Assembly: GCF_016432865.1 (NCBI RefSeq)
Contig: NC_067400.1
Location: 245,954,001-246,018,000, forward strand
Direction: 5' to 3'
DNA length: 64,000 nt
DNA from: Antechinus flavipes
Taxonomy: Eukaryota
Under the pieces are notes generated by a model, which was not told the DNA's origin, did not search any database, and saw only the letters and a program-made list of their open reading frames with translations. This document shows, one piece after another, positions 50,991 to 62,800 of the stretch (its first letter is position 1; each line of letters begins with the position of its first letter). The position numbers were made by a program, and so were the translations under genes.

Positions 50991-53115
50991 AAAGGTGTAA
51001 GACTTCTATGTCATTTACAAGTCTTTGAACAATTTCATTATATCTCTTGAACTATACTTTGGATTTATTTCTTCCCTTTCTCACCTTTCCCAAATTTGCA
51101 CCAGAGTAACTAAGTATGACAGTATATTATGATTTAATTTTGAAGAGCTTATTATTTCTTTATCACTTTATCCTCAGCAATTGATGTTAGTACATAAATT
51201 GCAATTATTCTCATGACATCTTTTTGCAAACACTTATCATTTGTGCTATAAGACAAAAAGACCAAATAGCCAACTAAATAAGGTTTCTATTATCATTTGA
51301 GAAAACAAGAAAAAACATTTTTCCTCCTTTTGCTGACCCTTTAAGGTGTACCTAGAGCCATCCTTTTATTTAATTGAAATTCCTAACTTTTTCTTCCTTC
51401 TGGTTTTATTTATAGTAAATATTTTTCCTGACCCCTAGTCTTTTATGATCCTTTTCATACAATTCTAATGTCAGAATATGGTTTCTGGCTATCATATAGC
51501 ATCTTATTTGGTTTGCTTAAACTTTCGAGAGTAAAGTTATAAAAAGTTTGGAAGCTGTGTCAGAGCTTAGCACTCTGCCTGGCAAATGATAGGTATTTGT
51601 TTATGGATTGAAATAGTATTGATAGAACTTGTGCTTCAAGGAGTAAAGAAAATAATACAAGTGTCACTACCAACAAATTTTATCCCTCCTCCTGTTAGCT
51701 GGAAATGAATTTGCTATATATAGCTCATAGGTATTATTCACCATTCACAAAAACATTCTGTTTCTATTAATCCACTGGCTTTTTGACAGAAATGTCCTCC
51801 AAAACCTTACCTCATTTAATTCCTCCCAAAACATAACCCCAAATGATTGAACAATCCTTTGTCAGGAGTTGTTCTACGGAAATTACTTCAATGGAAACTA
51901 ATGCTTCAGGAACATCATTTCTGTCTTGAATAATTCTCAATAAGTAAAGAATATTTCACTCTCTTCAGCAACATTGAAAATCAAATCTAATCAGTTGGCA
52001 AAACGTTTTCTTTCTACCTTAACAACATCTTTGAATCCATATCCTTCCACATTCATAGGACCTCTTTGCAAGAAATTTTGGCCTCTCTGCTCAATCTTTT
52101 CCTCACCCCTATCCAACCTCTTTCAGCTACCCAGAAAATTCACCTAAAGCATTCTTCTGATTTTCCCCACAATCCCCCAAATCCCCAGGCCCTACATCCA
52201 TTTGGTTAAATAGAAACCTGTCAGACATTTTGCCATCTTTGTCAGCTGGGCTATTCCTACTTTTCCAGTCTCAGTCTCTTCTTATATTTTATGGTCTGGC
52301 TCATTTGTGCAGATCTGCTTTCACTCAGACAACACAGTGCACATTCAGCCTTTGCACTGGTTGACTGTCCACTCTGCACATAATCCTTTTCTTTTTTTGC
52401 CTTTCCCTTCTGAATGTTTATGATCCATTAGAATCTCAGCTTTAATCCCTCCTGTGGCATGTGACCTTGCTCCTTTCCATTACTGCTTTGTGCCTTTGAC
52501 TCTGAGATGACTCCATTTTTTTTCTTTGGCTTTATGACTTTACAGCTACCTAAGGACAGAAGCTATGTTGATAATCCCTAGAACTGAGCATCATGGCCGG
52601 AAGAGTTCAAACAGTGGCAAGGTTGTTTGTGATTTAAGTGTTTTTGGAATAATTGATTTTGGAATGTTTGTTTGATTGACTTTTTATATTCACTTGCACC
52701 CTACCACCATTTCACTCCAATCTGAAATTTAGAATTTTATCATTTCTATTCCAGGAAGAACTAAAAAGAGACAAGATTCAATCTCCTGCCTAAAGAATCA
52801 GGTCAGGGATGAAAGAATAATGGCAGGAGAGTAGCATAAAAAAAAAAAAAAAACAGGCTTTTTATCATGAAGCCTGGGTAGGGCACCAGCACATTAAATA
52901 TATAGGCTTTGGCAACACACTATAATCATTTCTCATTACAGGAACAAGATCATGGCAGAACCTTCTCAGAAAAACAGCAAATGGAGAGAAAACAAATTAA
53001 ATGAGCTGGGAAAATTGTTCTCATGGAGAAATTAGTGGCAAAAATGCCATTTTAATGTAGAAATTTCTTTAATTTGTAAAAATTGCTTAATTAGGCAGTT
53101 CTGGAATGAAGCTAC

Positions 53116-53142
53116 CACACTTCCTGCTGGAAGGGTATAAAA
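53116..53142 (+). promoter_or_regulatory. Core promoter of HGT KRTAP copy A
   Basis: CACACTT 53116-53122, TATAAAA 53136-53142. Confidence 0.75.
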
Positions 53143-53220
53143 AGTTCTTGTGCAAATGGTGCCATACCTAGTCACAGAACCTACCCTTAACCTCTAACCA
53201 ACCAAGTGAATCCTGACACC

Positions 53221-53514
53221 ATGTGCTGTGGTGGCTACTATGGGGGCCTGGGCTATGGCTATGGCTCCGGTTATGGCTGTGGATGTGGCAGCTACCGTGG
53301 CCTAGGCTATGGCTATGGAGGCTGTGGCTATGGAGGCTGTGGCTGTGGAGGCTATGGCTATGGAGGCTGTGGCTATGGAGGCTGTGGCTGTGGAGGCCTG
53401 GGTTATGGTGGCTGTGGAGGCCTGGGTTATGGTGGCTATGGCTGTGGTGGCTATGGCTATGGCTGCTGCCGCCCATCTTGCTGTGGAAGCTATTCTTCCT
53501 ATGGCTTCTATTGA
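53221..53514 (+). CDS. High Gly-Tyr keratin-associated protein, KRTAP19/20-like, 97 aa
   Basis: ATG in GACACCATG context at 53221 (track ORF starts at an upstream GTG). 46 Gly, 20 Tyr, 16 Cys. C-terminus [21 protein letters not shown] resembles KRTAP20-2/KRTAP19. AATAAA at 53830. Confidence 0.92.
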   Translation: MCCGGYYGGLGYGYGSGYGCGCGSYRGLGYGYGGCGYGGCGCGGYGYGGCGYGGCGCGGLGYGGCGGLGYGGYGCGGYGYGCCRPSCCGSYSSYGFY

Positions 53515-53829
53515 AAAACCAACTGTTGCTGCAGTGTCATGAAATCTTTGTTCAACTCCAGACCCTTTCTTTGGTTAATTCCACAGAATTATAAGGATAT
53601 CAATTCCATCTTCCTCTACATCTAGGTGGCATAGGAGAACTACCACCAGAAAATCTTGCAATCCCCATGGAGCACTCAGAACAGCAAAGAGGCAGAAACT
53701 GAGAAGGAACAGCACCTATTCTTTTGGGAAATGGTCTAAGATTTCACCTTCCATGACAGATTCATGACATTTCCAGCAAGTTTGCTCAGTTCTGATCTAA
53801 TATGACTGAGTTGTCTACTATAATATTCT

Positions 53830-53835
53830 AATAAA
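53830..53835 (+). terminator. Poly(A) signal, HGT copy A
   Basis: TCTAATAAA, same context as copy B. Confidence 0.75.
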
Positions 53836-53909
53836 GATTCTGGTTTAACAAAACTGTTTTCACATCTCCTCCTTGACCTCACGGTAGTAACTAATTTTCA
53901 TCCTCAAGT

Positions 53910-54345
53910 AGTGAAGCATTTTCCTTTTTAAAAAATTTTCAATACATGTAAAGATAATTTTCAACATTCATTTTTAAGACTTTGTGTTACAATTTTTTCT
54001 CTCTCACTCTCTTACTTCCCCACTCCCCCAAAACAGCGAAAGTCTTATAGAGATTAAATATATTCAAAACTTTTAAACATATTTTCATATTCTTCATTCT
54101 GTACAAGAAAAATAAGACCAATAGGGAAAAAACCATGAGAAAAAAATATATGGTGAAAATATTATGCTTCCACTACATTCAGTCTCCATAGTTCTCTTTC
54201 TGGTTGCAGATGACATTTTCCTTCCCAAGTCTATTGAAATTGCCTTGAATCACCATATTGTTGAGAAGAGTCAAGTTCATCAAAGTTGATTATCACATAA
54301 TCTCATTGCTATTGTGCACAATGTGCTTTTGGTTATGTTCACTAT
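53910..54345 (-). mobile_element. Old L1 3'UTR fragment (copy-A specific)
   Basis: Reverse L1 3'UTR; absent at the homologous position in copy B. Confidence 0.7.
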
Positions 54346-57300
54346 TAAAGTAATTTTCAATCTTTACCCACATTTGAGTATCATTGAAGAAGATTTTCTA
54401 ATCAATCCATCTTTTGCAATGAAATGATACTTCAGATTTTCATTCAAAAACATTTTATTTTGTTATTAAATGTCTTTCTGAATTTTCTCTTAGCATTACT
54501 TTAATCTTTCAAATTCACAATATCCACCCCTTTATCAAAAGCAAGAAACATGCCTCTATAAGCTACTTCCCTTCTCCCACATTCTCTGTGCACATGGACA
54601 GGGCCCTTTTCTTCAATGTTTCAAAAAGACTCACATTTATGGACTCATGTTCATGGTGTGTGATCTCCAAATCTAAGGTGTCCCTGATAATTGTCAGAAT
54701 TTGGCTTAGCCAATGCCTTGTTTAACTGTCTTCCACCACTTTGTTGTCACCAAGCAATATGAAGTTTTGGAACACAGCACAAGTGAAGGACTCTCCACAA
54801 AAACAGAGTGTCATATACCAAATCTAAAAGTTGTTATGTAGCCTCACCCTCAGGTGGATGCCATCTCCTACAGCTATCTAAAACAAGATAAAACAAGATG
54901 TGAAAATATTATCCTTGAGAAGAGGCTCTCCTATCTATGGAGGAAGTAGACTCATTGTTTCAAGGGTGTCTTGCAAACCACTCAAACAATTGAACTCTCT
55001 AATCAGTTCCAATTCCCAGGGAAAGCTAACTTCTACTTTGCTGCTCTACAATCTGTCTCAAGGCTTTCGGATTCCATAGCTAAATGCCATTATGACTCCA
55101 CAAAATCATGTCCCTCAGATGAATTGTTGAAAAGAAACCCAGAGCTTAGTACTCTCCCTAGTACATGGAAGGTGCTTAAAAAACAGGTATTATTTAAAGT
55201 ATTTATGGACTGAAATGGTATTTTAGACACTGGAGAAAATAGAAGTGCCACTAACAACAGACCTTATCCCTTCTTTTGTTGTTAACTTAAAAGAATTTCT
55301 TTTCCTATATGTCATTAGGAGCTTTATTCTAATTTTTAAAAATTGATGTACATTTGTGTGGATCCAGTGATTTTTCAACAGAAATGCCCTTAGCAGCTGC
55401 ACTAATTCAATTCTTCCCAAAACATTCTTCATAAATGATTCACCAATCCTTTGTCAGCAGATATTTTATCGAAGTTACTTCAATGGAAAATATCCTTGGA
55501 GAAGATCATTTCTTACTTGGACAGCTCTCATTATGCAAAGAATATCATATTTGCATCAGCAAAGTAAGAAAATCAGGGTTTGAGTTTTCTTGGTGGGGGG
55601 GTTGTTTGTTTTTAGGGAGGTAGGGTGGAATTGCTCCTGTGAATCCACATTCTATAAGCAATAGAAATCTAGCACAGTACAAGCAGATAGCCATAAAAAA
55701 AAAAAATAGTTCCAGTGCCCTCTAAACCCAAATTCCAATTCCTTCATGTATGTCTCCTAGGGATTCAGCTGGAGATCCTTCTATCATGTTGTCCAGCTGT
55801 ATACTAAAGAGGCAGGTAAAGAAGGACCATTACCTTAATTTCCTGGATTCTAGTCTCTAATCTACCTTTTTGTGATCTCAAGTTAACAGTGGGATTTCTG
55901 GAGGCTATATAATATCCTATTGAGTTTCCTTATCCTTTAGTATGCAGCTGTGAGAGATTTGGAAGCTGAGAGGAGAAAGAAGACAGCTCTTGCTGCCTAA
56001 CCACTTTGAGTTTACTTTTTATTGGGTCAGTCGAAATCTGCAATGGACTCACTTCCTTCTTGCTGATACTCACTAATCCAACTCCAACTCCAGACAATCA
56101 TTTCCCCTAAATTCACCTATTGTTCAGCTGTCTACCTATATCTGAATTGCATGATTGTACCAACCTCATATTATCAGCACTTCTCAATACTTCCACATTC
56201 AAAAAGCCCATCACTAGGCTATAGTTATTTTGGTCTACTCAGAGTTCATGCTGCTCTCACTTCATTGTTTTTGAAAGCCTTTGAAATCTGGTTACTAGTA
56301 CAAGCCTTCAACAAACATCTCTCTCTAAAGTGCCCAAACACATTCTCCTGGCCAAAACTAGTGGCTTTTTCTGAATATTTCTTCTTGAACTTCCTTCAAC
56401 TTTTGATTGTACTACCTTACATATGCTCCATTGGGTTTGCTTTATTCAGCTTTCAGAACCTAATGGCTCCTTTCTGGTAGTTTTAGGTGGTCCAACATCA
56501 CATTATCAAAGGGCCCTCTTATTTCTGACTGAACCTTAACATTGCACTTTTCCTTTCTCTTCACTCTGCTTTCTGGAGAGGAGAGTTGATCCTTCTTAGA
56601 CCTGAGGATTTCAAGGACCTTTTTTTTTGGTCATTCACTGTCACATGTCCTGATCCATACCTCCATTTCTCTTGAGGTCCTCTCATGAATCATGAACTTA
56701 CCTGTGGACAATCTCAATTTGATTTCCACAAGAAATCTCAAAGCTACCAAGTCTAGAAGAGATATATCATCACCTTTTCTCTTCTCAGCTTTTCTATTCC
56801 TTTCACGATCACCATCATCAAAATCTTAGATTTAAAGACGCAGGGACTTCCTTGACCCTGCAATATCAAGGAAAAATATCTAATTAGTTTATTAAACTTC
56901 TTTCCAATAAAATGGCTCCCACTTTAGACCAAGTCATCATAACATCTTTCTGAAAGAAAATTTGATTGATCTCCTTGACTGACTCATTTGTCCATTAAGA
57001 GCCTTTCTTCACTCAGCCACCAAAAGGATTTTGCTAAGTTGTTCTTTGACTCCTGGTCAAGTCCCAGGCAAGAAAATTATCTTGTAAATTCCAGTAGCTT
57101 TTACTTCAATGATGATTTAAACAGATAACTTCTTATCTAACATTTCACCCTCTTCTTTAGTTATTCCATTCCCATCTTTATTATCTCTGTATACTTTACT
57201 TTTCAATTTACATTATTGTCAGTGCTAACCCACCTTCTTTCATTCAGACAATGCACTACCTGTGCTTTCTGCTTAGTTTTATGCTGGCTGGCAGTTCACC

Positions 57301-58029
57301 CTGCCCAGAATACTCTCCCTTCTCCTTCTCCTCTGACTTTTTCTTGCCCATTATATTTTCAGTTCTAAAACAACCTGTGGCACACGGTCTTGTCCCTTTC
57401 CCCTAGTAACTTGTGCCTCTACCTCTGAGATCTTCTCCCATCAACTCCCATCATTTGTCCATTTAGCATTTAGAGTTATCTGATGAGACAGATTCTTTTG
57501 CCATTTCTTTATAATCTTAGCCATGACTATAGTGGCAGGCACAGTGCAAACACTGGGGAGGTTGTTTGTGTTTTCACTGCTTGTAGAATAGTTTTTAAAT
57601 GGATCGATTCCATCAGCTGGTGCTCCAGCACAGCCTTAACTTGGATATGAAATCTGCATGAGGTATTTTGGCATTTGAATCTCAGAAAGCACTGATTTGG
57701 AGAGACAGCATTCCATAGACTAGTTATAGAGTATCAAAAGACCAGGGTAACAAGTGTTATGGAAGGAGAATAATGCCATCTGAGAAAGAGCTGCCATGAA
57801 GTCTGGGCAGGGCATCAACCACATTAACCATTAAGCTTTGGAAACACTATAATCATTTCTCATTACAGGAATAAGATTGTAGCATAGCCTTCTCAGAGAT
57901 ACAACAAAACAAAAGAAAAAACTTTAATGAGCTGGGAGTATTGTTGTCAGGGACCAAATGATGACAAGAATGTGATTTTACTCTGGCAATTTAGTTATTA
58001 GGAATTATGTGATTCTGGCCTAGGTCTGC

Positions 58030-58056
58030 CACACCTCTTTCTGGAAGTGTATAAAA
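58030..58056 (+). promoter_or_regulatory. Core promoter of HGT KRTAP copy B
   Basis: CACACCT 58030-58036, TATAAAA 58050-58056; TTAATGAG upstream at 57924-57931. Confidence 0.75.
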
Positions 58057-58133
58057 TATCTGTGCAGATAGTGCTGTGTACATTCACACAAACTAAATCC
58101 TTATATCCATCTAAATTTGTGAATCTTGACACA

Positions 58134-58376
58134 ATGAGCTACTGTAGCAGCTACTACGGAGGTCTGGGCTATGGCTATGGCTCTGGTTATGGCTGTGGAT
58201 ATGGCAGCTATCGTGGCCTAGGCTGTAGTTTTGGCAGCTGCGGCTATGGAGGCTTGGGCTATGGTAGCTGTGGCTATGGAGGTCTGGGCCATGGTGGCTA
58301 TGGCTACGGAGGCTATGGCTATGGCTGCTGCCGTCCATCTTGCTGTGGAAGATATTCTTCCTGTGGTTTCTATTGA
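58134..58376 (+). CDS. High Gly-Tyr keratin-associated protein, KRTAP19/20-like, 80 aa
   Basis: ATG in GACACAATG context at 58134; [15 protein letters not shown]...[21 protein letters not shown]; AATAAA at 58664. Confidence 0.92.
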   Translation: MSYCSSYYGGLGYGYGSGYGCGYGSYRGLGCSFGSCGYGGLGYGSCGYGGLGHGGYGYGGYGYGCCRPSCCGRYSSCGFY

Positions 58377-58663
58377 AAAACCATCTTCTCCTGCAGTGCC
58401 ATGGAATCTTTGTCCAACCCAGCTTCTGGTAATTCCATGATTTTCTAAGGACAGCACATTCCATCTGTCTCTACATCTGGGTGACTTAGAAGAGATACCA
58501 CAAGAGTGTCTTAGAAGCCTCATGAAGCACTCAAGGCAGTGAAGTAGCAGGAAACCATCCTTCTAGAATTGATACAGGATTTCACCTGTCATCAGGGAGA
58601 CTTCCCCAACAGCTCATTTCCAGGTTCTCAGCACCATGGCTGAGATATCTCTTGTGATTTTCT

Positions 58664-58669
58664 AATAAA
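58664..58669 (+). terminator. Poly(A) signal, HGT copy B
   Basis: TCTAATAAA. Confidence 0.75.
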
Positions 58670-58860
58670 CTTGCTTCACTGGCTTAGAAAAACTGTTTTC
58701 AGTTCTCCTTGATTTCTCTGTACTTGAGTTTAAGTCTCTCATCAGGCCTAGATTTTTAACCTTGATATATTTATCTGTGCCATTGCAGAATTTGCTCTCC
58801 AATTCATCTTTAGAAATGAGGGGATACCTCTCCAGATTTCTGTTCAAAAAGCATATTATT

Positions 58861-58995
58861 GGGGTACCTAGCTTGTGCAAGGTGCAGACTATCAGCCTTG
58901 GAGTCAGGAGGAACTAGGTTCAAAATCTGCCTCAAATACTTAACATGTACTAGCAAGTCACTATGACCTGGGCAAGTCACTCTAATTAGCTTGCT

Positions 58996-59056
<61 letters not shown>

Positions 59057-59061
59057 AGAAG
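58861..59061 (+). mobile_element. WSINE1-type SINE with (GA)n tail and TSD
   Basis: TSD AAAGCATATTATT at 58848-58860 and 59062-59074. Confidence 0.85.
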
Positions 59062-59849
59062 AAAGCATATTATTTACTTGCTAAATATCTTTCTAAATTT
59101 GACTTCAGTAATACTTAAATTTTAAAACTTCATAATATCCAGACCCTAGATTACTGAAGAAAAGGCATTTGTTCTATATAAGCTACATCCTTTCTCCATA
59201 TTCTGTGTGCACATTGAAAGAGCTTTTATCTTCAAGGTTTCAAAAGATTCATGTGTTCATATGCCATGTTCATGGTTCATGATTTCCAGATCCCCATGAT
59301 TGTCAGAATTGCTTTATGTTATCTGTTATCTAGGACAGCTTGGTGGAATAGTGAATAGGGTGCCAGGTTTGGAATCAGGAAGACTCATCTTCCTGAGTTC
59401 AATTCTGGCCCCAGACACTAACTACTCTGTGTGTTCCTAGGCAAGTCACTTAACTGTCTTTGCCTCAGTTGGCACATCTATCAATGAGCTGGAGAATAAA
59501 ATGTCAAAAGAACATTTTTTTTTGTCAAAAAAAATTCTCAAATCAGGTGACAAAGATTCAGACATAAGAGAAAAATGACAGAACAATAAACTCCCTGTTT
59601 AGATACCTTCCACCATTTTGTTATCACTAAACAATCAATAGATTTGGAGCTAGATTACATTGCCTTTGTTTTTGAAGAGGACCAAAATGAAATCACTAAA
59701 TTAGAGTTGAGTTACAATGTGTCTGACTATAGCTGATCAGACAATATGTGCTCAGAAGGTTTGGCTTGGCCACAAGTCAAACATAAATAGTTCGTATGAA
59801 CATTTGGGGTGGACTCTAACTTTGAGCCCACAGTTCTTCTGAGCTAATT

Positions 59850-62800
59850 CAATTCTTTTTTTTAATTGAAGCTTTTTATTTTCAAAACATATGCAAGGAT
59901 AAATTTTCACCAATGACCATTGCAAAACCTTGTATTCCAATTTCCCCCCTTAGCCCCATGCCCTCTCCTAAATGGCAAGTAATCCAATATACGTTAAACA
60001 TAGTAAAAATATATGTAAATCCAATAGGCATACACATTTATATAATTATCTTGCTGCATGGGAAGAATTAGATCAAAAAAGGAAAAAAAATGAGAAAGGA
60101 AATAAAATTCAAGCAAACAAAAACAAAAGATGTGAAAATGCTATGTTGTACTCTACCCTCAGTTCCCACAATCCTCTCTCTGAGTGTACATGGTTCTCAT
60201 CATCACAAGATGGCCTCATCACACAGGAACTGGCCTGAATCATCTCATTGTTGAGAAAAGCCACATCCATCAGAATTGATCATCATACAATCTTGCCATT
60301 GCCATATACAATGAAATCCTGGTTCTGCTCATTTCACTCAGCATCAGTTCAGGTAACTTTCTTCTCAGAAAGCCTCTCTAAAATCATCCTTCTGATCATT
60401 TATTATAGAACACTAATATTAAATAACATTCATGTACCATAACTTATTCAGCCATTCTCGAACTGATAGGCATCCACTCAGTTTCCAGTTTCTTTCCAAA
60501 AGGCTGACACAAACATTTTTGTGCATCTGGGTCCCTTTCCCTCCTTAAAGATCTAAGTCCAGTAGAAACACTGATGGATCAAAAGATATGCACAGTTTGA
60601 TAACTTTTTGAGCTTAGTTTCAAATTGCTCTCCAGAATGGCTGCATCTGTTCATAATTCCACCAAGTATTAGTGTCTCAGTTTTTCCAACATGTATTCCT
60701 TTAACATACATATTATCTTTTCCTGTCATCTTAGCCAATCTGAGAGGGGGGTAGTAGTATCTCAGAGTTGTCTCAATTTGCATCTCTCTGATCAATAGTG
60801 ATTTCCTGCACCTTTTCATATGACTAAAAATGGTTTCAATTTCTTCATCTGAAAATTGTCTATTCATATCCTTTGACTATTTATCAATTGGAGAATGGCT
60901 TTAATTCCTATTTAAGTCAATTCTCTATATATTTTAGAAAGGAGGTTTTTATCAGAACCCTTAAATGTAAAAATGTCTTCCCAATTTATTGCTTCCCTTC
61001 TAATCTTGTCTGCATAAGTATTCTTTGTACAAAAATTTTAACTTAATATAATCAAAATTGTCTATTTGTTGTTCAATAATGAGTTCCAGTTATTCTTTGG
61101 TCACAAATTCCTTTCTCCTCCACATATCTGAGAGATAAACTATTCTATGTTCTTCTAATTTGCTTATAATATCATTCTTTATGTCTATATCATGAACCCA
61201 TGTTGACCTTATCTTGGTATATGGTGTTAGGTGTGGATCAGTGCTTAGTTTCTGCCATGTTAATTTCCATTTTTCCTAGGAGTTTTGTCAAATAATGAGT
61301 TCTTGTCCCAAAAGCTGGGGTGTTTGGGTTTCTCAAACACTAGATTGCTATAGTCATTGATTATTTTGTCCTGTGAACATAACCTATTCCATTGATCGAT
61401 TGCTTTATTTCTTAGCCACTACCAAATTGTTTTGATGGTAACTGCTTTCTAATACAGTTTTAGGTCTGGCATAATTGAACCACCTTCATTGGCATCTTTT
61501 TTTTTCATTAATTCCATTGAAATTCTTGACCTTTTGTTCTTCCAGATGAACTTTGTTATTAGCTTTTTTTTTTTAGATCTGTAAAATTATTTCTTGGTAG
61601 TTTGAGTGATATGGTACTAAATAAGTAGATTGATTTAGGTAGTGTTTTCATTTTTTTTTTATGTTCACTCATGAGCATTTGATAATTTTACAGATGATTA
61701 GATCTGACTTTATTTGTGTGAAAAGTGCTTTGTAGCTGTATTCATATAGTTTCTGACCAGATGAACTTTGTTATTAGCTTTTTTTTTTAGATCTGTAAAA
61801 TTATTTCTTGGTAGTTTGAGTGATATGGCACTAAATAAGTAGATTGATTTAGGTAGTATTTTCATTTTTTTATGTTTGCTCATGAGCATTTGATAATTTT
61901 ACAGCTGATCAGATCTGACTTTATTTGTGTGAAAAGTGCTTTGTAGCTGTATTCATATAGTTTCTGACTTTGCCTTGGTAGGTAGATTCTCAAATATTTT
62001 ATACTACTGACAGTTATTTTAAATGTAATTTCTCTTTGTATCTCATTGCTGTACTTTGTTGTTAATATATAAAAATGCTGATGATTTATGTGGATTTATT
62101 TTGTATCCAGCAACTTTGCTAAAGATGTGAATTGTTTCTAGTAGTTTTTTAGCTGATTCTCTAGGATTCTCTAAATATACTATCATATCATCTGCAAAAA
62201 AGTGATAAATTTGATTTCCTCATGACCTATTCTAATTCCTTCAATCCCTTTTTCTTCTCTTATTGCCAAAGCTAACATTTTTAATTCAATATTGAATAGC
62301 AATGGTGATAGTGGGTAATCTTGTTTCATCCCTGATTTTATTGTAAATAGTGGTAGTTTGTCCCCATTACATATGATACTTGCAAATGGTTTTAAATAGA
62401 TGCTACTGATCATTTTAGGGAAAACTCCATTTATTACTATACTTTCTAGTGTTTTTAATTGTTGTTGGATTTTATCAAATGCTTTTTCTGCATCTATTGA
62501 GATAATCATATGATTTTTGTTAGTTTGGTTATTGATATAATCAATTATGCTAATAATGTCCCTAATATTGAACCAGCCCTGCATTCCTGGTATAAATTGT
62601 GATATATTATCCTGGGGTTGACTTTCTTTAATCTTTTTGATAATAGTTTATTTAAGATTTTTGCATCAATATTCATTAGGAGAATTGGTCTATAATTTTC
62701 TTTCTGTCTTTTCACCCTACTGGCTAGTTGTCAGCATGATATCTGTGTCATAAAAGGAATTAGGTAGGAGTCTTTCTTTCTCTATTTTTTCAAATAGTTT

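Noticed and set aside
53168-53594. His/Ser-rich, Trp/Leu-rich and MEAVA ORFs (also 58111-58523, 32267-32545, 22001-22258, 2436-2651)
   Set aside because: Alternative-frame or antisense shadows of repetitive KRTAP CDSs.
58047-58133. Longer N-terminal starts from the ORF track (58047 and 53206)
   Set aside because: Both are GTG starts; 58047 overlaps the TATA box and 53206 lies in the 5'UTR. The downstream ATGs have Kozak context and family-typical N-termini.
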